Origin: Octopus sinensis
Lineage: Eukaryota
Assembly (NCBI RefSeq): GCF_006345805.1
Contig: NC_042997.1
Span: forward strand, 129,766,001 to 129,830,000
Length of the DNA: 64,000 nucleotides
Direction of reading: 5' to 3'
Part shown: piece by piece, positions 26,629 through 40,129 of the stretch
Position numbering within the stretch: the stretch's first letter is position 1
How the letters are laid out: each line of letters opens with the position of its first letter
Program-made: the position numbers and the translations under genes
The notes under the pieces: generated by a model
What the model was told of the DNA's origin: nothing
What the model saw: the letters and a program-made list of their open reading frames with translations, nothing else
Databases searched by the model: none

Positions 26629-27488
26629 AAGGGTGTCCCAAAAGTCACTGATGGATTTCAATTTTTAATAACTTCCTTAACTCTACAAATAAATGCAGGA
26701 AATTTTGGTACAATATAAAGGACATAATGGAAATTAATATGCACAAGTCAAATTTTGCAACACCACTACATCACATATGAAAAATGACATCACTTAAATA
26801 AGCAGCCATTTTTGGTTTCGCAAGCCCGTATTCTTTCCAAAACTTGCACCATAATACCCTCAAGAGTTTCAGACCCAACTTCTCTGATTTCTCTATTGAT
26901 ATTTTCCTTCAGTTGCACCAGGGTCTCCAGTTTGTTGATGTAAACCCTCTCTTTCAGGTATCCATGATTGAGACCTTTTGTGCTCAGCCATTCAAAGTAG
27001 GCCTCACACATGGTTCCAGCAAGATGGGGCAACTGCTCATACTGCAAGTGAAACAATACAGTTGCTATGGCAGTGCTTTGGAGAGAGAATAATCTCTTAC
27101 TATGGTAATGTCAACTGGACTTCACGTTCTCCAGACTTGACTAGCCCAGATTTTTTCTTGTGGGGATACCTGAAAGAGAGGGTTTACGTCAACAAACTAG
27201 AGACCCTGGTATAACTGAAGGAGAACAAGGATAGAGAAATGAGGTCTCAAACTCTTGAGTGTGTTATGGTGCAAGTTTTGGAAAGAACACGAGTGTGTGA
27301 AGCCGAAAATGGCTACCATTTAAGCGATGTCATTTTTCATATGTGATGTAGTGGTGTTGCAAAATTTGACTTGTGCATATTAATTTCCATTATGTCCTTT
27401 ATATTGTATCAAAACTTCATGCATTTATTTGTAGAGTTAAGGAAGTTATTAAAAAGTGAAACTCATCAGTGACTTTTGGGAAACCCTG
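26629..27488 (+). mobile_element. DD41D (rosa/VS-type) Tc1/mariner derivative with ~330-bp inverted arms
   Basis: TA-flanked termini (A/C)AGGGTGTCCCAAAAGTCACTGATG / CATCAGTGACTTTTGGGAAACCCTG. Peptide TWFQQDGATAHT...WTSRSPDLTSPDFFLWGYLKERVY has exactly 41 residues between the last two catalytic Asp. Positions 26629-26963 are the reverse complement of 27164-27488. Confidence 0.9.
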
Positions 27489-27934
27489 TATGTATGTATG
27501 TATATGTATAGATAAATAGATATACACTTATATATACAATGACATATATACATGGGGAGGGAGATTTATTTTATAGATATATTTATACACATAATTATAC
27601 ATATATAATTAAACTTAATTATCAGTGACTTTTAAGAAACCCCATATGTATGTATATGTATAGATAGATAGATATACACTTATATATACAATGACATACA
27701 TACATACATAGGGAGGGAGAGTTATTTTATAGATATATTTACATACATAATTATACATATATAATTAAACTTAATTATCAGTGACTTTTGGGAAACCCTG
27801 TATGTATGTATATGTATAGATAGATAGATATACACATATATATATATACAATCACATACATACATACATAGGGAGGGAGAGTTATTTTATAGATATATTT
27901 ACACATAATTATACATGTATAATTAAACTTAATT
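27465..27934 (+). repeat. Tandem repeat, 3 x ~156 bp, each unit starting with the terminal ~24 bp of the DD41D TIR
   Basis: Units start with ATCAGTGACTTT at 27465, 27621 and 27777 and end with TATAATTAAACTTAATT. Confidence 0.9.
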
Positions 27935-28366
27935 ATCTACATAGTCACACACACACACACACACACACATATTTACTGTATACTCACAGAGATCAATATG
28001 TCTCAAATATATAATTTTTCTGAATTTAAGGTTTTCTTCCCTCCAGCCCACTCCATTTAGGTGTTAACAGTTTAAAGTAAGGGTTTGTTATATGGAAGTA
28101 ATGAATGACCATAAAACATAGAGAGAAATATAATGAAGACTATAATGAAGTGAAGAAGGCAAATAGGTATGAGGTAGCTTGTTGCAATAAAGTTGGGTCA
28201 TATGATGGGCAGATGACTAGAAGTGCAGAAAGGAGACATACAGCAAGAAGACATTGATATAGTAAAAAAAAGTGATCAGAATTATATTACTAACAATTTA
28301 TTTTATGAATAATAGCATTTAATCCTATTTGATTAAATACTGCTACAGTACCGATCCATTATTGTA

Positions 28367-29014
28367 GTACTCCACAGAGGCAATTATTAAATGATGGTGT
28401 AATCTATGAAATAACAACATCAAAAGATGTAGGAAAATAGTTAAGTGGTGATTTAACAGGATTGTAAGTGAGAGAGGAGAGAATCTGAGATTAAAAGCTA
28501 AAATCCATTAAAATTTTTTTACAAACATATGTAAGCATCCACATTTTACAAGACTATTCAACTAGATAGGGAAGAAAGAGATGACAGTACACACACATAC
28601 AGAACACACCAGTAGCAGTGGTTGGGTATTAACAGGAACATGAATGGCATGAACTGTAGTAGTAAGTGTTTTATAGATGCATGCTCTAAAACTAACTACT
28701 CCAATGTAAAGTGAAAGTACTGCTGTCTATTTAGCTTGGATAGAAGACTATTTTCAGTTGTGATTCAATTCATGCAGTATTTATCATAAATAAATATCAA
28801 TTGTAGAGATAATAATATTTCAACAATTTTAACAGCTTATGTGGTACTCCACAGAGACAGTTATCAAATGATGTTGTAATCTATATGAAATAACAACACC
28901 AAAATATGTTTCAGGAAAATAGTTTAGTAATGATTTAACAGAATTGCATGTAAGTGAGGAGGGAAATCTGAGTCTAATAGTTAAAATCTATGAAAAGAAA
29001 TTTACAAACATATG
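28367..29014 (+). repeat. Old dispersed direct repeat (~165-170 bp) at 28367-28531 and 28844-29014
   Basis: Both copies run GTACTCCACAGAG...GTAATCTAT...GAAATAACAACA...GGAAAATAGTT...GATTTAACAG...AATCTGAG...TTTACAAACATATG. Confidence 0.8.
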
Positions 29015-31599
29015 CAGACAGATATAGCTAAAGAGAAACAAAAACTAATATTTAAGAAGAGCATCAGCAGCAGTGACTGCAGCAGAGTGACAGCAGCAGT
29101 AGAGGTAGGACAAAAGTAGGATGATTTTCTTCTTTTACAGTAGTAAGTGACTACAATTTTACCAATAGTGTTACTAAGGAAACAGGCAGAAATTCAGCAA
29201 GAGTTCCTGCTTTGCTATCGATCTGTCATGCCAGATAGACAAGCAAGCAGCAGCAGCAGCAGGAGTAATAGTAGCAGCAACAGCAGCAGTAGTAAGCAGT
29301 GATGTCATTCTCCTGCTTTTCTACTCAATGAATGAACGTCATCAAGTCTGAGAAATAGATTGAAACAAGATGTAGTTGTTCTATCAAGCAGCTGGATTGG
29401 GAAATGTTGGAAGATAATATTGCAAGTGATCAGTGATAAAATATATATAAGATAGAGTGACTTTTAGTTGTTGGTGATTGGCAACAACTAATGACAGTTC
29501 ATGAAGCTCTGTTATAATAAAACATGGCTACTGCAGTAGTGACAACTGGCAGAATAGTTAGCCAACAACAATCAATACTAGGGCTTGAAATGAAACAAGT
29601 CCAATAAACATGCAGAAGCATGGCAAAATACCTGAGCAGTATGTAATGTATAGGATTGTGAATACATTTTCTTTGTACTGTAATAATATTACACATGTTG
29701 GAGATATGTTAGAAATTGATATTTTAAATGAATAACATCTGATATTTCACATACTACATGTAACTGGACATAACATTATAAAACATTCACGTGAAATACA
29801 GGGGACATTACACGTTAATTAAATACAGATACCACTATATGTTAATTGCAAATGAGACAACGATAAACATGACATTACATGGTAAACACAAACAATGCTA
29901 CAAGTTAAATGCAAATGCCATAAAAAAGAAGCAACTTAAGTACTTTTGTAATTATTTTATAAAATTGCGGATTATAGGTTATTAAAACTAAGCAAAAATG
30001 GTGATAAGTTGTTTCATTCTACCAAAACTTTTAGAGTAAGGTGTTGAATTAGAAGATGAAAAATATTTAAAAAGGCTTTATAACCTCTAATTTGACAGCT
30101 CTGAATTCATATTCTACTAGTGGCAATTATATATTGCATGATTGTCAAATATTAATATAGCTATGGAAATGAAGCAAATAACTATACTCTTACAACAATA
30201 CACCATGCTAAGAAAAGAAATTAGATAGGAAGTTCTAAGATATAATAATGGTATATAGGAAGGTGGATTTGCTGAGCTCATTAATGACATAAGTGGGAAG
30301 AAGTAGTTCTAGATGGGCATTTAAAGTGAACTCTTTGCTAAATTTACTAAGCTCTTCAACATTACAATATTTTGTAACCAACTGTAGGAAGATGTCTACA
30401 TTATATATAGTGGAAGATTCAAGTACTTAAACTTTTCAAAAAATGTTTCTATTTATTTATTGATTTTGTTTTTATAATTTGGTAACATCTATTTGAAAAT
30501 TACTGTTTCTTTTCAAGCAAATGGTACATTATGAAAAATTGTTTCAATCACTTGTATTTATTAATTATAGCCATAGCCAATAAATTGGTATAATTATTTC
30601 TCGTATTTCAAGTATAAGATATAAATTCAGTGTTAAGAAATTTGTGTGGCTATAAGACAACTCTCAGTCAAACTGGCAAAAGAATATTTGTCTCTATATT
30701 TTTCTTACATGTTATAATTCAATTTAAACATAGAATATAGAGACATCAATTACTTGTAGAGCCCTAAGTCAGTCCTATTTTAGCAGACAACAAAGGTGAT
30801 CCATCATTGGCCAGTCTGTCTTTTCCCTTCCTTCAAACATAAGGCATCTGTTGTGTCCTTTTTTAAAAACTGTAGAGGGTAGTTTGATGGAGACTTCTAA
30901 CAGACTAAGTGAACAATCCTTTGTTAACTCAAAACATCAATTAGGTAAAACTAGAAATCCAGGTCCATCTATACCAAATGGGGCACACACTGAAAAACAA
31001 AAAACACTCAATTGAAGGATGAAATTATCCTTCCATTATGCCCTTGAATGCAATAGCAAGATGCAATGAAGATATTTGTACGTATAGTTTTATGAACTGA
31101 ACTGAAATTTAGGTTAAATTCATGAATATTATTAAGTGTTACAAATTTTTGTAAAATCAATGAAAGTGAATAGTCTGTTGTATATAGTAGTAATTTAGTT
31201 GAGATATAAATAATTAGTTTTGCTCCAAAGATCTAAAGTAATGTTTCTGTTACATAACTATTCACAAATAACTTGTGAAGGAAGCCAATATCAAAACTGT
31301 TGTCTATAATTTTATTTTCCACATCAATATTCCAACACTTGGCTGGTTGAGACAATTGAAACTTGTTCTTCATATAAGTCTTCATTTTCCATCATAAAAA
31401 AAAACTCCCACCAAAAACCTTTTGTTTTACTTTATTGATTTACAAGATCTAACTAGAACTAAGGATCTCAGAAAGTAGTAATCAAAAAGTAGACTTATGG
31501 AGAATAACACAAAATGAATTCAAAGATCTGTTCTTTGGTGACACAGCAATGCTAATCATCATCATCAATACCACTTGGATGATGATGGCACTTACAACT

Positions 31600-31800
31600 T
31601 TCACACAATATCAAGGACACACACACAAATGAATATACACGACAGGCTTCTTTCAGTTTCTTTCTACCAAATCCACTCACGAAAATTTGGTTGGTTCAGA
31701 GCCATAATAGAAGACACTTACCCACAGTGCCATTACAATAGGATTGAATCTGAAACCATGTGGTTGGGAAGCAAGCTTCTTACCACACAGCCATGCCTGT
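31600..31800 (-). mobile_element. Family B SINE head
   Basis: CTTCTTTCAGTTTC...CTACCAAATCCACTCAC...GAAGACACTTACCC...CAAGCTTCTTACCACACAGCCATGCCTG is the antisense family B head. Confidence 0.8.
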
Positions 31801-33439
31801 GCTAATGCTAAATGCAAATGTGCATTGTATATGCACTTATAAGAGAGCTTGATTATATGAGGATATAACATCTGGCACTCTTACAAGTCCAGTGCTTTAA
31901 TCAGTGTTTCTATGAAATGAAGTTGAGCAAATGTACATATCAAAATTAAAAATGGATGTTATAATGATAATAGCATACATGTACTTTTGGAATAAGTGAT
32001 TTGCTACAATATTTTTTTGGTATATGTTCTTTTACATTTGTAATCCTTTTTATAATGAACAGGTTTGTCTACCTAGACTTGTTGAATAAAAGTACTAAGA
32101 ATTAAAACTTCTTTTGTGAGCCTTCGGTTTGTGGATGAAAATTAAACTTTCTGAAGATATAATTACTATTCTAGTGGTAATGTTGGTAAGCAGTTTCAAA
32201 TATCGTTTTCTACTTCACCAACTGTTTTAACTTTCACAAGTCAGCATACTCTAGAAGTCACTTTTAGAGACAAGATGGTAATCAGGCTTCCATAACTTAC
32301 ATTTAATTTTTTTAACAAAATTGAATTAATATATTTAATACATAATTTTCTTTAATAACAATCAGAATAAAATGTCATCTTCATCACTGTTAAGTCTTGT
32401 GACATTTTGAAGTAGGGGGTAATCTGATACCTCTAAACATTTTTTACCTAATAATTTCATTTCCTTTGAAGTATTTAAATTGTGGAAAAGCTATTTTAGT
32501 AATCTAAAAATACACAAAAACTGTTAAACCTTTTATTTATTTTTTAAGTTGTCAAAAGTTTGGTTATACAATATGAGTTGGCCACAGACCCAGTTTTCAC
32601 TACAACTGTTTGTAACTGAAACTGTCAGCAACAGGCTGCAGTTGTGCAATGAAAACTGATATCCGAAAAAATAAATGGAAAGTGAATTTAAGAGTTTTAT
32701 TGTGTGTTTTTTTTAGATAGTTAAAATGGCTCTTGTATGAAGTAACTGTTCCAATTTCAAGAGGCAGTCTCAGATCAAGTCACCTGTTAGATATATAAAA
32801 CTCTGAATTTTCCTTTGAAGTTTCCCACTAAAAGTTTACAAATAAACTTGAAACCCAATAATATAATTGACAGTGTTTATGAAATTTAAATTTTACAGCA
32901 GCAGATTTCTTTTGTACAGAGAACTACCAAATTTTGAAAGGTATTCAACTATTCAGACATGGTCATTCTTTACAAATATCAAAGCCAAAGCAGTAGGTGT
33001 TTTTATTTGGACTCCATGGTAGCAACTTCTAAATTTCAAACTGAATACCTATCAGAGACCACACAAAAGCACAGAATGGAAGATTGGAATTTAACACAGA
33101 GATTTTGATAGTGCACATCTCTAATTTTCTATTAACAGAACTTACAACAGGACTAAATTTTTCCAGTATTTAAAAAGATTTTCAAAATTTAAATCTTGTC
33201 ATGAAAACCAAAATAAACCAAATAAAATAGAATCATCTTTAAATAAGTAGTAATTTAACTCAGCAATATAAAAGATGAAAGCAGATCCATGCTTCATACA
33301 AATATATTATCAAGTCTTGTGTCTTTGCTGCAATCAATGTGAAAGTAGCTGTTCGAAATCAAAGATCCACTTAATAATGGAATGGTCAGAAACAGAAACA
33401 GCACTGAGCTATAAAAACATTTACACGAACAATATGCAA

Positions 33440-34115
33440 ATATAAAAAAAAAAAAAAAATCTCGCAATACTAGAATCATTGTCATCATAACACCCACTTT
33501 TTCATGCTTGCATAGGTCAGAATTTGTCAAGGCAGATTTTTTATAGCCACATGCCCTTCCAGTAACCAATGCTCACTTGTTTCCAAGTGAGGCAATAGAA
33601 GTAATATTTTCCCATGGAAGATTGGAAATGAATGACGCTGCTATGACAATGATGCTTGTTTACAAATATCATGTGGTGAAGACAAGGTAACAAAAACATA
33701 CCTTCACACACATACAACTTGACTTAGCTGGGTTTGAACTGAGAAGTATGAAAGGAAATAACTAAATGCTGAAAGTCCTTTTGTCCAGTGTTGTATTGGT
33801 TCTGGCTACCACTGTTATATGCTGTAACATAATCACGTGATTAACCAGACTATTGGATGTTGTTATACATTGCTGGTCACAATGTGTTTTGCATTCTTTT
33901 AGCTTTTTAATGATACCACCCTGCTGGCTAGGCAAGCAGGACAACATCATCTCCCACTGGAAGGCAAGTTGTTGTAGGATTACCTGTTTACAGTTGAGTG
34001 GACTGGAACAGTGTGATATGAAATATTTTGCTCAAGACCACAATGCAAAGCCAGTCTGGCAATCAAACTCATGATCTTATAATTGTGAGTGCAATTTGTT
34101 TAACCACTAGGCCTT
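33440..34115 (-). mobile_element. Family B 3' module (33440-33710) followed by a CORE-like SINE (about 33830-34115), both antisense
   Basis: ATGCCCTTCC...CTTGTTTCCAAG matches the family B tail. TTGCTCAAGACCACAATGC...AACCACTAGGCC is the antisense of the SINE tandemly duplicated at 54720-54960. Confidence 0.65.
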
Positions 34116-34304
34116 CTGTCTTCACTATGACATAACAATGGTAACTAAGTAAGAGAATACCAAACTGTTTACATATCTCTGATCCTTATACCAGTTTAAA
34201 AGATTCTTTTGAAGAAATGGTTGCACAGACTTTAAGCAGATAAACAAAAAACTGTGTATTTCAATATAATCAGTTTAGTAATTCCAGTAATCTACTTATC
34301 AAAA

Positions 34305-34570
34305 TCATAATTGTCGTTTAATGTTGGCCATCCATGCTGGTTTAACAGGAGCTGGCTGGGCAGGAGCCTGCACCAGGCTTCTGTGTCTGTTTTAGCACAG
34401 TTTTTACAGCTGGATACCCTTTCTAACAGCAACCACCCACCCAGCAGAGTAGACATTGTTTTTTATGTGACACAAGCTCAAGCGAGGTCAATTTTGGTAT
34501 GGTTTTTCCAGTTGGATGCCCTTCCAAATACCAACAACTTTACAGTGTGGACTGGATGCTTTTTGTGTGG
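34305..34570 (-). mobile_element. RTE-type 3' tail
   Basis: GTTTAATGTTGGCCATCCATGCTGG...CAGCTGGATACCCTTTCTAACAGCAACC, with the GGATGCCCTTCC block repeated. Confidence 0.7.
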
Positions 34571-35416
34571 AGCTATATCTAGATAAATAATTTCAACAAT
34601 GAAGGAGGAAAAATGAATTATTATATAGCAAAACCCCTAGAGAAAACAGGATTTCTCTTCAGACTGTAGTTCTTACAGACCTCTGCTCATCCTTGTATAT
34701 AAAAACATTCCCCCATGCATACATACACACATATACCATCATAAAGACACACTTGTGCAAGTGTGCCCATGTGTCTGCCTGTCTATATAGGTAGAGCATA
34801 GTCAACTGGATAATAAGTTTGTTTTGCAAGCATAAGGTCCAAGGTTCAATCCCACTACTTGGCATCTTTGACAAATGTAATTTTCAATAGCCTCGAGTTA
34901 ACCAATATTTTGTGAGTAAAATTGAGTAAACAAAAACTGTACAAAAGCTCATCAGATGGATTATACATGTAATTCACAGGTACAGCCTTGTCACACACTG
35001 TGTCATGCTGATTCCAATTAGGAATCACATTAAGGGGACAAATATCTTGTGTGCAATGCTCAGCTACTTACATTCAAATTCAATAAACAAGTAATTCAAT
35101 TGATTGAAACTGTCCTAAGATATATCCAACCAAACACACACGCATGTGTGCACGCACACACACACACACACACATACACAGGGTGAAGTTATGTGTAACT
35201 TAGTGGTTCAGACATTAAGTTAATGATTATGAAGTTGTGGGTTCTAAGAAGTGTGTTGTTTCCTAGATCAAGGAAATTCATTTCATGTTGCTCCCATCTA
35301 CTCAGCTGAGACTGAGTACCAGGTGATTGCTGGTACAGTGCTCCCTTTCTCTCCCATTCAGTTACCACATCCTTGATGTTCTACTGGGCCAAGTGAGTGT
35401 CTATGTCTGCTCACAA

Positions 35417-35451
<35 letters not shown>

Positions 35452-36989
35452 AAGCTACCAGGTCATATTCACTTGTGAGTGACAGCTAAGCCCCTATATA
35501 CACTACTACATCATTTTACCTTCACCTCTAGTAATGTCTGTAGTGCTAGTTGTAGTATATGTCCTTATTCAGAGAACTGGTATGCTGAGAGGTACGATGT
35601 GAGGGCCATTGACTACATTTTTTTTACTGATATTTCTTTCTAAACTTAACTTTAAACTACATGCAAACACACACACACACCATATGTAGACAGTTTACTT
35701 GATACGTGTAGCAATTGTATGTTTGTTCTGTTGAAAGAGATTACTAGATTGTCATGTTTTTACACAGCAGGATATTGTCAAGGTCTCTGTTTATTGGGCT
35801 AGTGCACATGGCCTGTGGTATTAAGGTTTTGTGTAGAAGGTAAGGTAGGAAGGTGAAGAATGGTAAGGTAAGAAGTGAAGAATGGTATTTATGGTGTTGT
35901 TAGATGTAACAGCAAGCCAGCCGTTTATACACAGAAGAAAGAGTTGTAGGAGACTAGGAGATAAAATTTGGGTGTACACAGTGTGGGTCAGAAAGTGCCC
36001 TATTGGCACACAATGCAACAGTGCAGTCTAACAGGAAGCTTCTGACCCAAGAAAGGAGACATATGATAATTATAAGTGGACATTTTGGATAAGTTGTCAA
36101 AACAGATTTGTTGACTTACTAGAGTGTTAAATTACCATACAGAAGCAGAAGTTCAAATTTAACCACAATTATTAAATTAGTCTATAATCAAAGCATATTC
36201 TACATGAAAAATTTACATAAATTCTCTGTTGACATCTGGGCACATAGCAGTAGGAAGAACAAGGCATTGCACCCTATCTTATCCATAAGAAAGAAGTTTA
36301 CTGTGTTATTTTCAATTTGAAATAAAATAGGAAAAAATTAGGTGAAAAATTAGATTGAAAGAATTGAATACACTTCAAACTATCAAGTCAGTTTAACAGT
36401 ATTAGTTATGCTACTTAGGTTTGTTTATATCAGGACAATTCTGATTTCAGAGCATAGAAAAACAAACAATCTTAAATAACTAGATAAATGTAATCCCATT
36501 GTTGTATGTCAATTGGTCAATCAGCAAAGTGCTATTCACTCGACTTAGTCTAATCTCCTTAATAGGCTTTCAATGCCAATATATAACCTCCATTAATTGA
36601 TATAAAAGTAAAACTATCACCTGAATAACATTAATTTGGCATATTGTATATGACGGTCTTCAATTTCATATGGCTTTGTGGTGGTCAAAGAGACTTTATC
36701 AGCAAATAATCTTTCCAGCAAAATATTATATGTAAATAAAAAGAAAATACCTCCTCAATCTTTCCTAGCTGTAAATACTGTACTTTAGCCTTCATCTCCT
36801 TTCTGCCTGCATTACCTTCAACATTAAAACCATCGCTTTTTATGGTAATATCTGGTTTAGTGGAGGGATAAGTTAAGGGAACTATTTTCTTTTATTGGAT
36901 TGGATTGGATTGGAGAAGGATGTGCTCATGACCTTCTCAAGCCCTCTGAAGACCAGCGAGTTCAATTCAATTAAATGTTCCTCTTGAAC

Positions 36990-37520
36990 AATTGCAAATT
37001 GACAAGTGTAAGAAAGGATGTTTCAGGGAGTTGACATTCTAGAAGGGCAGACTAAGTTTAGTGGTTAGTGTGGTACTTGGATACATGGGTGAGGAGAGGG
37101 AAGACAAGTAAGCTGGAAGAGCTTGAATGAAGGTAGTATGAGATTAGTTCTGAAGAGCAAAGACCAGTGTATAAAGGTTAAAAAAGGCAGCGAAAGGAGA
37201 CAAGTCCGGCGCTATAGGTCCAAGTATACTGGAAAGTGACTTTACGCCAATCAATTGGGTGACTAATCTTTAGATAGGGTCTAGGAGATCTGTGCATGTA
37301 GCAGCAATACCAACCCAATATGGGAGCAATACTTAACGGTGAACCTTGCATGAGGTTTGTACTGAGTTAGTAGTTAATAGGCACTGAACTACTTTCTGGT
37401 CATAAAAGGTAAAAACTGTCTTCGCAATGTGAAGGATGTGCATTTGCCAAGAGAAATTCTTAATAATGGTAAAACCTAGAATAAGACCAAACTCTTTCTA
37501 TAACTATACAATTCAGTTGC
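36990..37520 (-). mobile_element. CR1/L2/Jockey-group LINE RT C-terminal relic
   Basis: Reverse complement includes a decayed Y.T.C.(S)TVKYCSHIGLV...TDLLDPI.RLVTQLIG segment resembling YKAQVRP..EYCSHIW...LLDRIQ.R...LIG. Confidence 0.5.
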
Positions 37521-38160
37521 CTACTTCCTCTACAAAATTCTGTTTGTTGTCCTATAGTAATTCATTTACAATTGTATTGCCGTCTTAATGTTTCTGTAAA
37601 TGTTATTCAGTTGCCTTTCTTCATATTGTGTCTTTTTGCTTTGAGTTAAGGGCTTGTTTGATTGGCCATAAGACAAAGGCGCCAATCATATTTCCTCTAT
37701 CTAAGACTTACATAAATATTCATAGTTTGTTATAAATGCAGATATGTGTGTGTGTGCTTGTGTATGCGTGTATACAAACACACATGCACACAATTTTATA
37801 AACATGCATATACCTCTATATATTAATAAAACAGTACATTTCTACCTTCATTTTGTATATCACTAGGGAGAGAGATAAAGAGGATTCTAAGAAGTGAGAG
37901 GCTGGGTAAGAGTGGGAGTTAAAGTAAACATGCAAGAAAAAGAGCAATAGAAAGTTGGAAGATTTAAACAAGGAGATGGAGAAAGTAGAATATAAAAGCA
38001 CAGCAAAATTTGTGACTTCACTGCATCACTGGTTATCTCATTTTCTCTCAATATCTGTGTTTGTCATAAGTGTCTTTCAAGTGTATCTTTATATAAAATA
38101 ATGTCTTTAGTTGTAACTATTATTTTGCAACAAGAATGGAAAATTGTTAAGATCTTATGT

Positions 38161-38965
38161 ACATCATCATCATTTAACGTCTGTTGTCCATGCTGGCATG
38201 GGTTGGATGGTTTGACTAGGCTGGCATGCTGGAAAACTGCATCAGACTCCAGTCTGATCTGGCATGGTTTTCTACGGCTAGGTGCCCTTCCTAATGCCAA
38301 CCACTTTGAGAGTGTAATGGGTGTTTTTATATGCCACTGGCATGGGTGCCATTTGCATGACACTGGGGTGCATTTACATGTCACAGGCATGGGTGCCAAT
38401 TTGCGTGACACCGGTAGCTGCTACAACTGCAATTTTGCTTGGCTTGAGGGATCTTCTTAAGCACAACATAATGCCAAAGGTCTTGGTCATTGCTTCTGTG
38501 ATGTCTAACACTTGAAAGGAACTCAGTCACTTTCTGAAGCCCAGTGTTTGAAAGGAACTCAGCCTCTTTGCTTCTGTGAAGCCCAAACTTGAAAAGAACT
38601 CAACCACTTTGAGTCTGTGAGGCCCAACATTCAAAAGATGTTCTTTATGTACCACCAGCACAGGTGCACTTGGCTTGATGGGTCCTCTCAAGCATGGTAC
38701 ATCGCCAAAGGTCTTAGTCACTAATCATTGCCTCTGTGAGGCTCAAAGTTCGAAGATCATGCTTCACCATCTCGTCCCATGTTTTCCTGGGTCTGCTTCT
38801 ATCACAGGTTCCCTCCACAGTTTGGGATCTTCACTTCTTTACACAGCTGTCCTCATCCATACGCATCACATGACCACACCAGCACAGTCGTCTCTCTTGC
38901 ACTCTACATCTGATTCCTCTTATGCTTAACTTTTCTCTCAAGATGCTTACACTCTGTTGGACATG
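38161..38965 (-). mobile_element. RTE LINE 3' end(s): C-terminal coding sequence, 3' UTR and (GAT)n tail
   Basis: Reverse complement of about 38700-38880 reads GHVMRMDEDSCVKK...VEGTCDRSRPRKTWDEMVKHDLRTLSLTEAMISD, the canonical RTE C-terminus. The UTR with GTTGGCATTAGGAAGGGCACC and the GATGATGAT tail follow at 38161-38460. Confidence 0.88.
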
Positions 38966-39744
38966 CACACTGACATACATTAGTATATATTCATGTATGT
39001 AATTATATGTGTGTGGTTATACATATATGAATACGTATACGTATGCAAAGGCTAAGGAGGAGTTAGGGTGTAACTAAAGAAGTAACTGTTGTAATTATAA
39101 TAATATAAATAAGTATTTTAAATTAAGGTAGTATATACATATTTTCTTTTATGCATTTAGTCTTTTCACATGGCTGAGGCAATCAACCCTACTGATAAGC
39201 TCATTTGATTATGTTTAGCAAAACACTATAAGCCCGTATTATGATAACCTAAAATATATGTCTTTGGAAATTTACAGTAAGCAGGAATTAAGTACATGTG
39301 TGACAATAAGGAACAGCTACCTAATGTAAATCAAATATGCATTTATATGTACATTGTATGCCTGATGATGTGGGCTCATTGCTATTTTGTTAGACCCACT
39401 GAAATGGACTAAGCTCATTTGTAAGGCTGATAGATAACACACGCATGTACACAAAGATTATGTGCTACTTTCTGATGTAGGCACAAGGTTATACATTCTG
39501 AAGGAAGCATACAGTTTATTAAAATGGTGCATAGCTTGATGGGGAAAGTGTGATGATACAGACCAGAGTTGAGTTACATTATTTTTCTTTACTTGCCTAT
39601 ATCAATACTTCACCAGCATTATGTCACAACTTAAAAGCAAAATTAGTAAATGAGAAGTAACCACCCAATGTCCATAAAAAAGCAGCAGGATACAATTAAT
39701 CAAAGAAGTTTTTGGCACATACAAACCAGTAGATATACACATAC

Positions 39745-39795
<51 letters not shown>

Positions 39796-40129
39796 TGCAC
39801 ACAAACACACCCCCATAGTCAAACAGACAACTAAAAATGATTACATAAATGATGCTTAAAACTGTCCTGAAAATAATTTACAATTATTTAGAATAAAAAT
39901 TCACTAGTTCTATAAATAATTATTTCAAAGTACAAATCAAATGTTGTAAAGAGGTGGCTACTTAGGTCAATTTTTTATTAGTGCTTTAACGTTTAGAGGA
40001 ATTGAATTTAAAACGCTTTGGTCGAAGTTTCAATATTAAATTAGTGATGGTCTGTGGCAAACTTGATTTCTGTAGCTTTTGGTAAAAGAGATACAAATAT
40101 TTTCCTAGTATCAAGATATTAATCTAATA

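Noticed and set aside
27465-27934. CRISPR-like reading of repeated TIR tips
   Set aside because: The whole units are repeated (no unique spacers), the context is eukaryotic and there are no cas genes.
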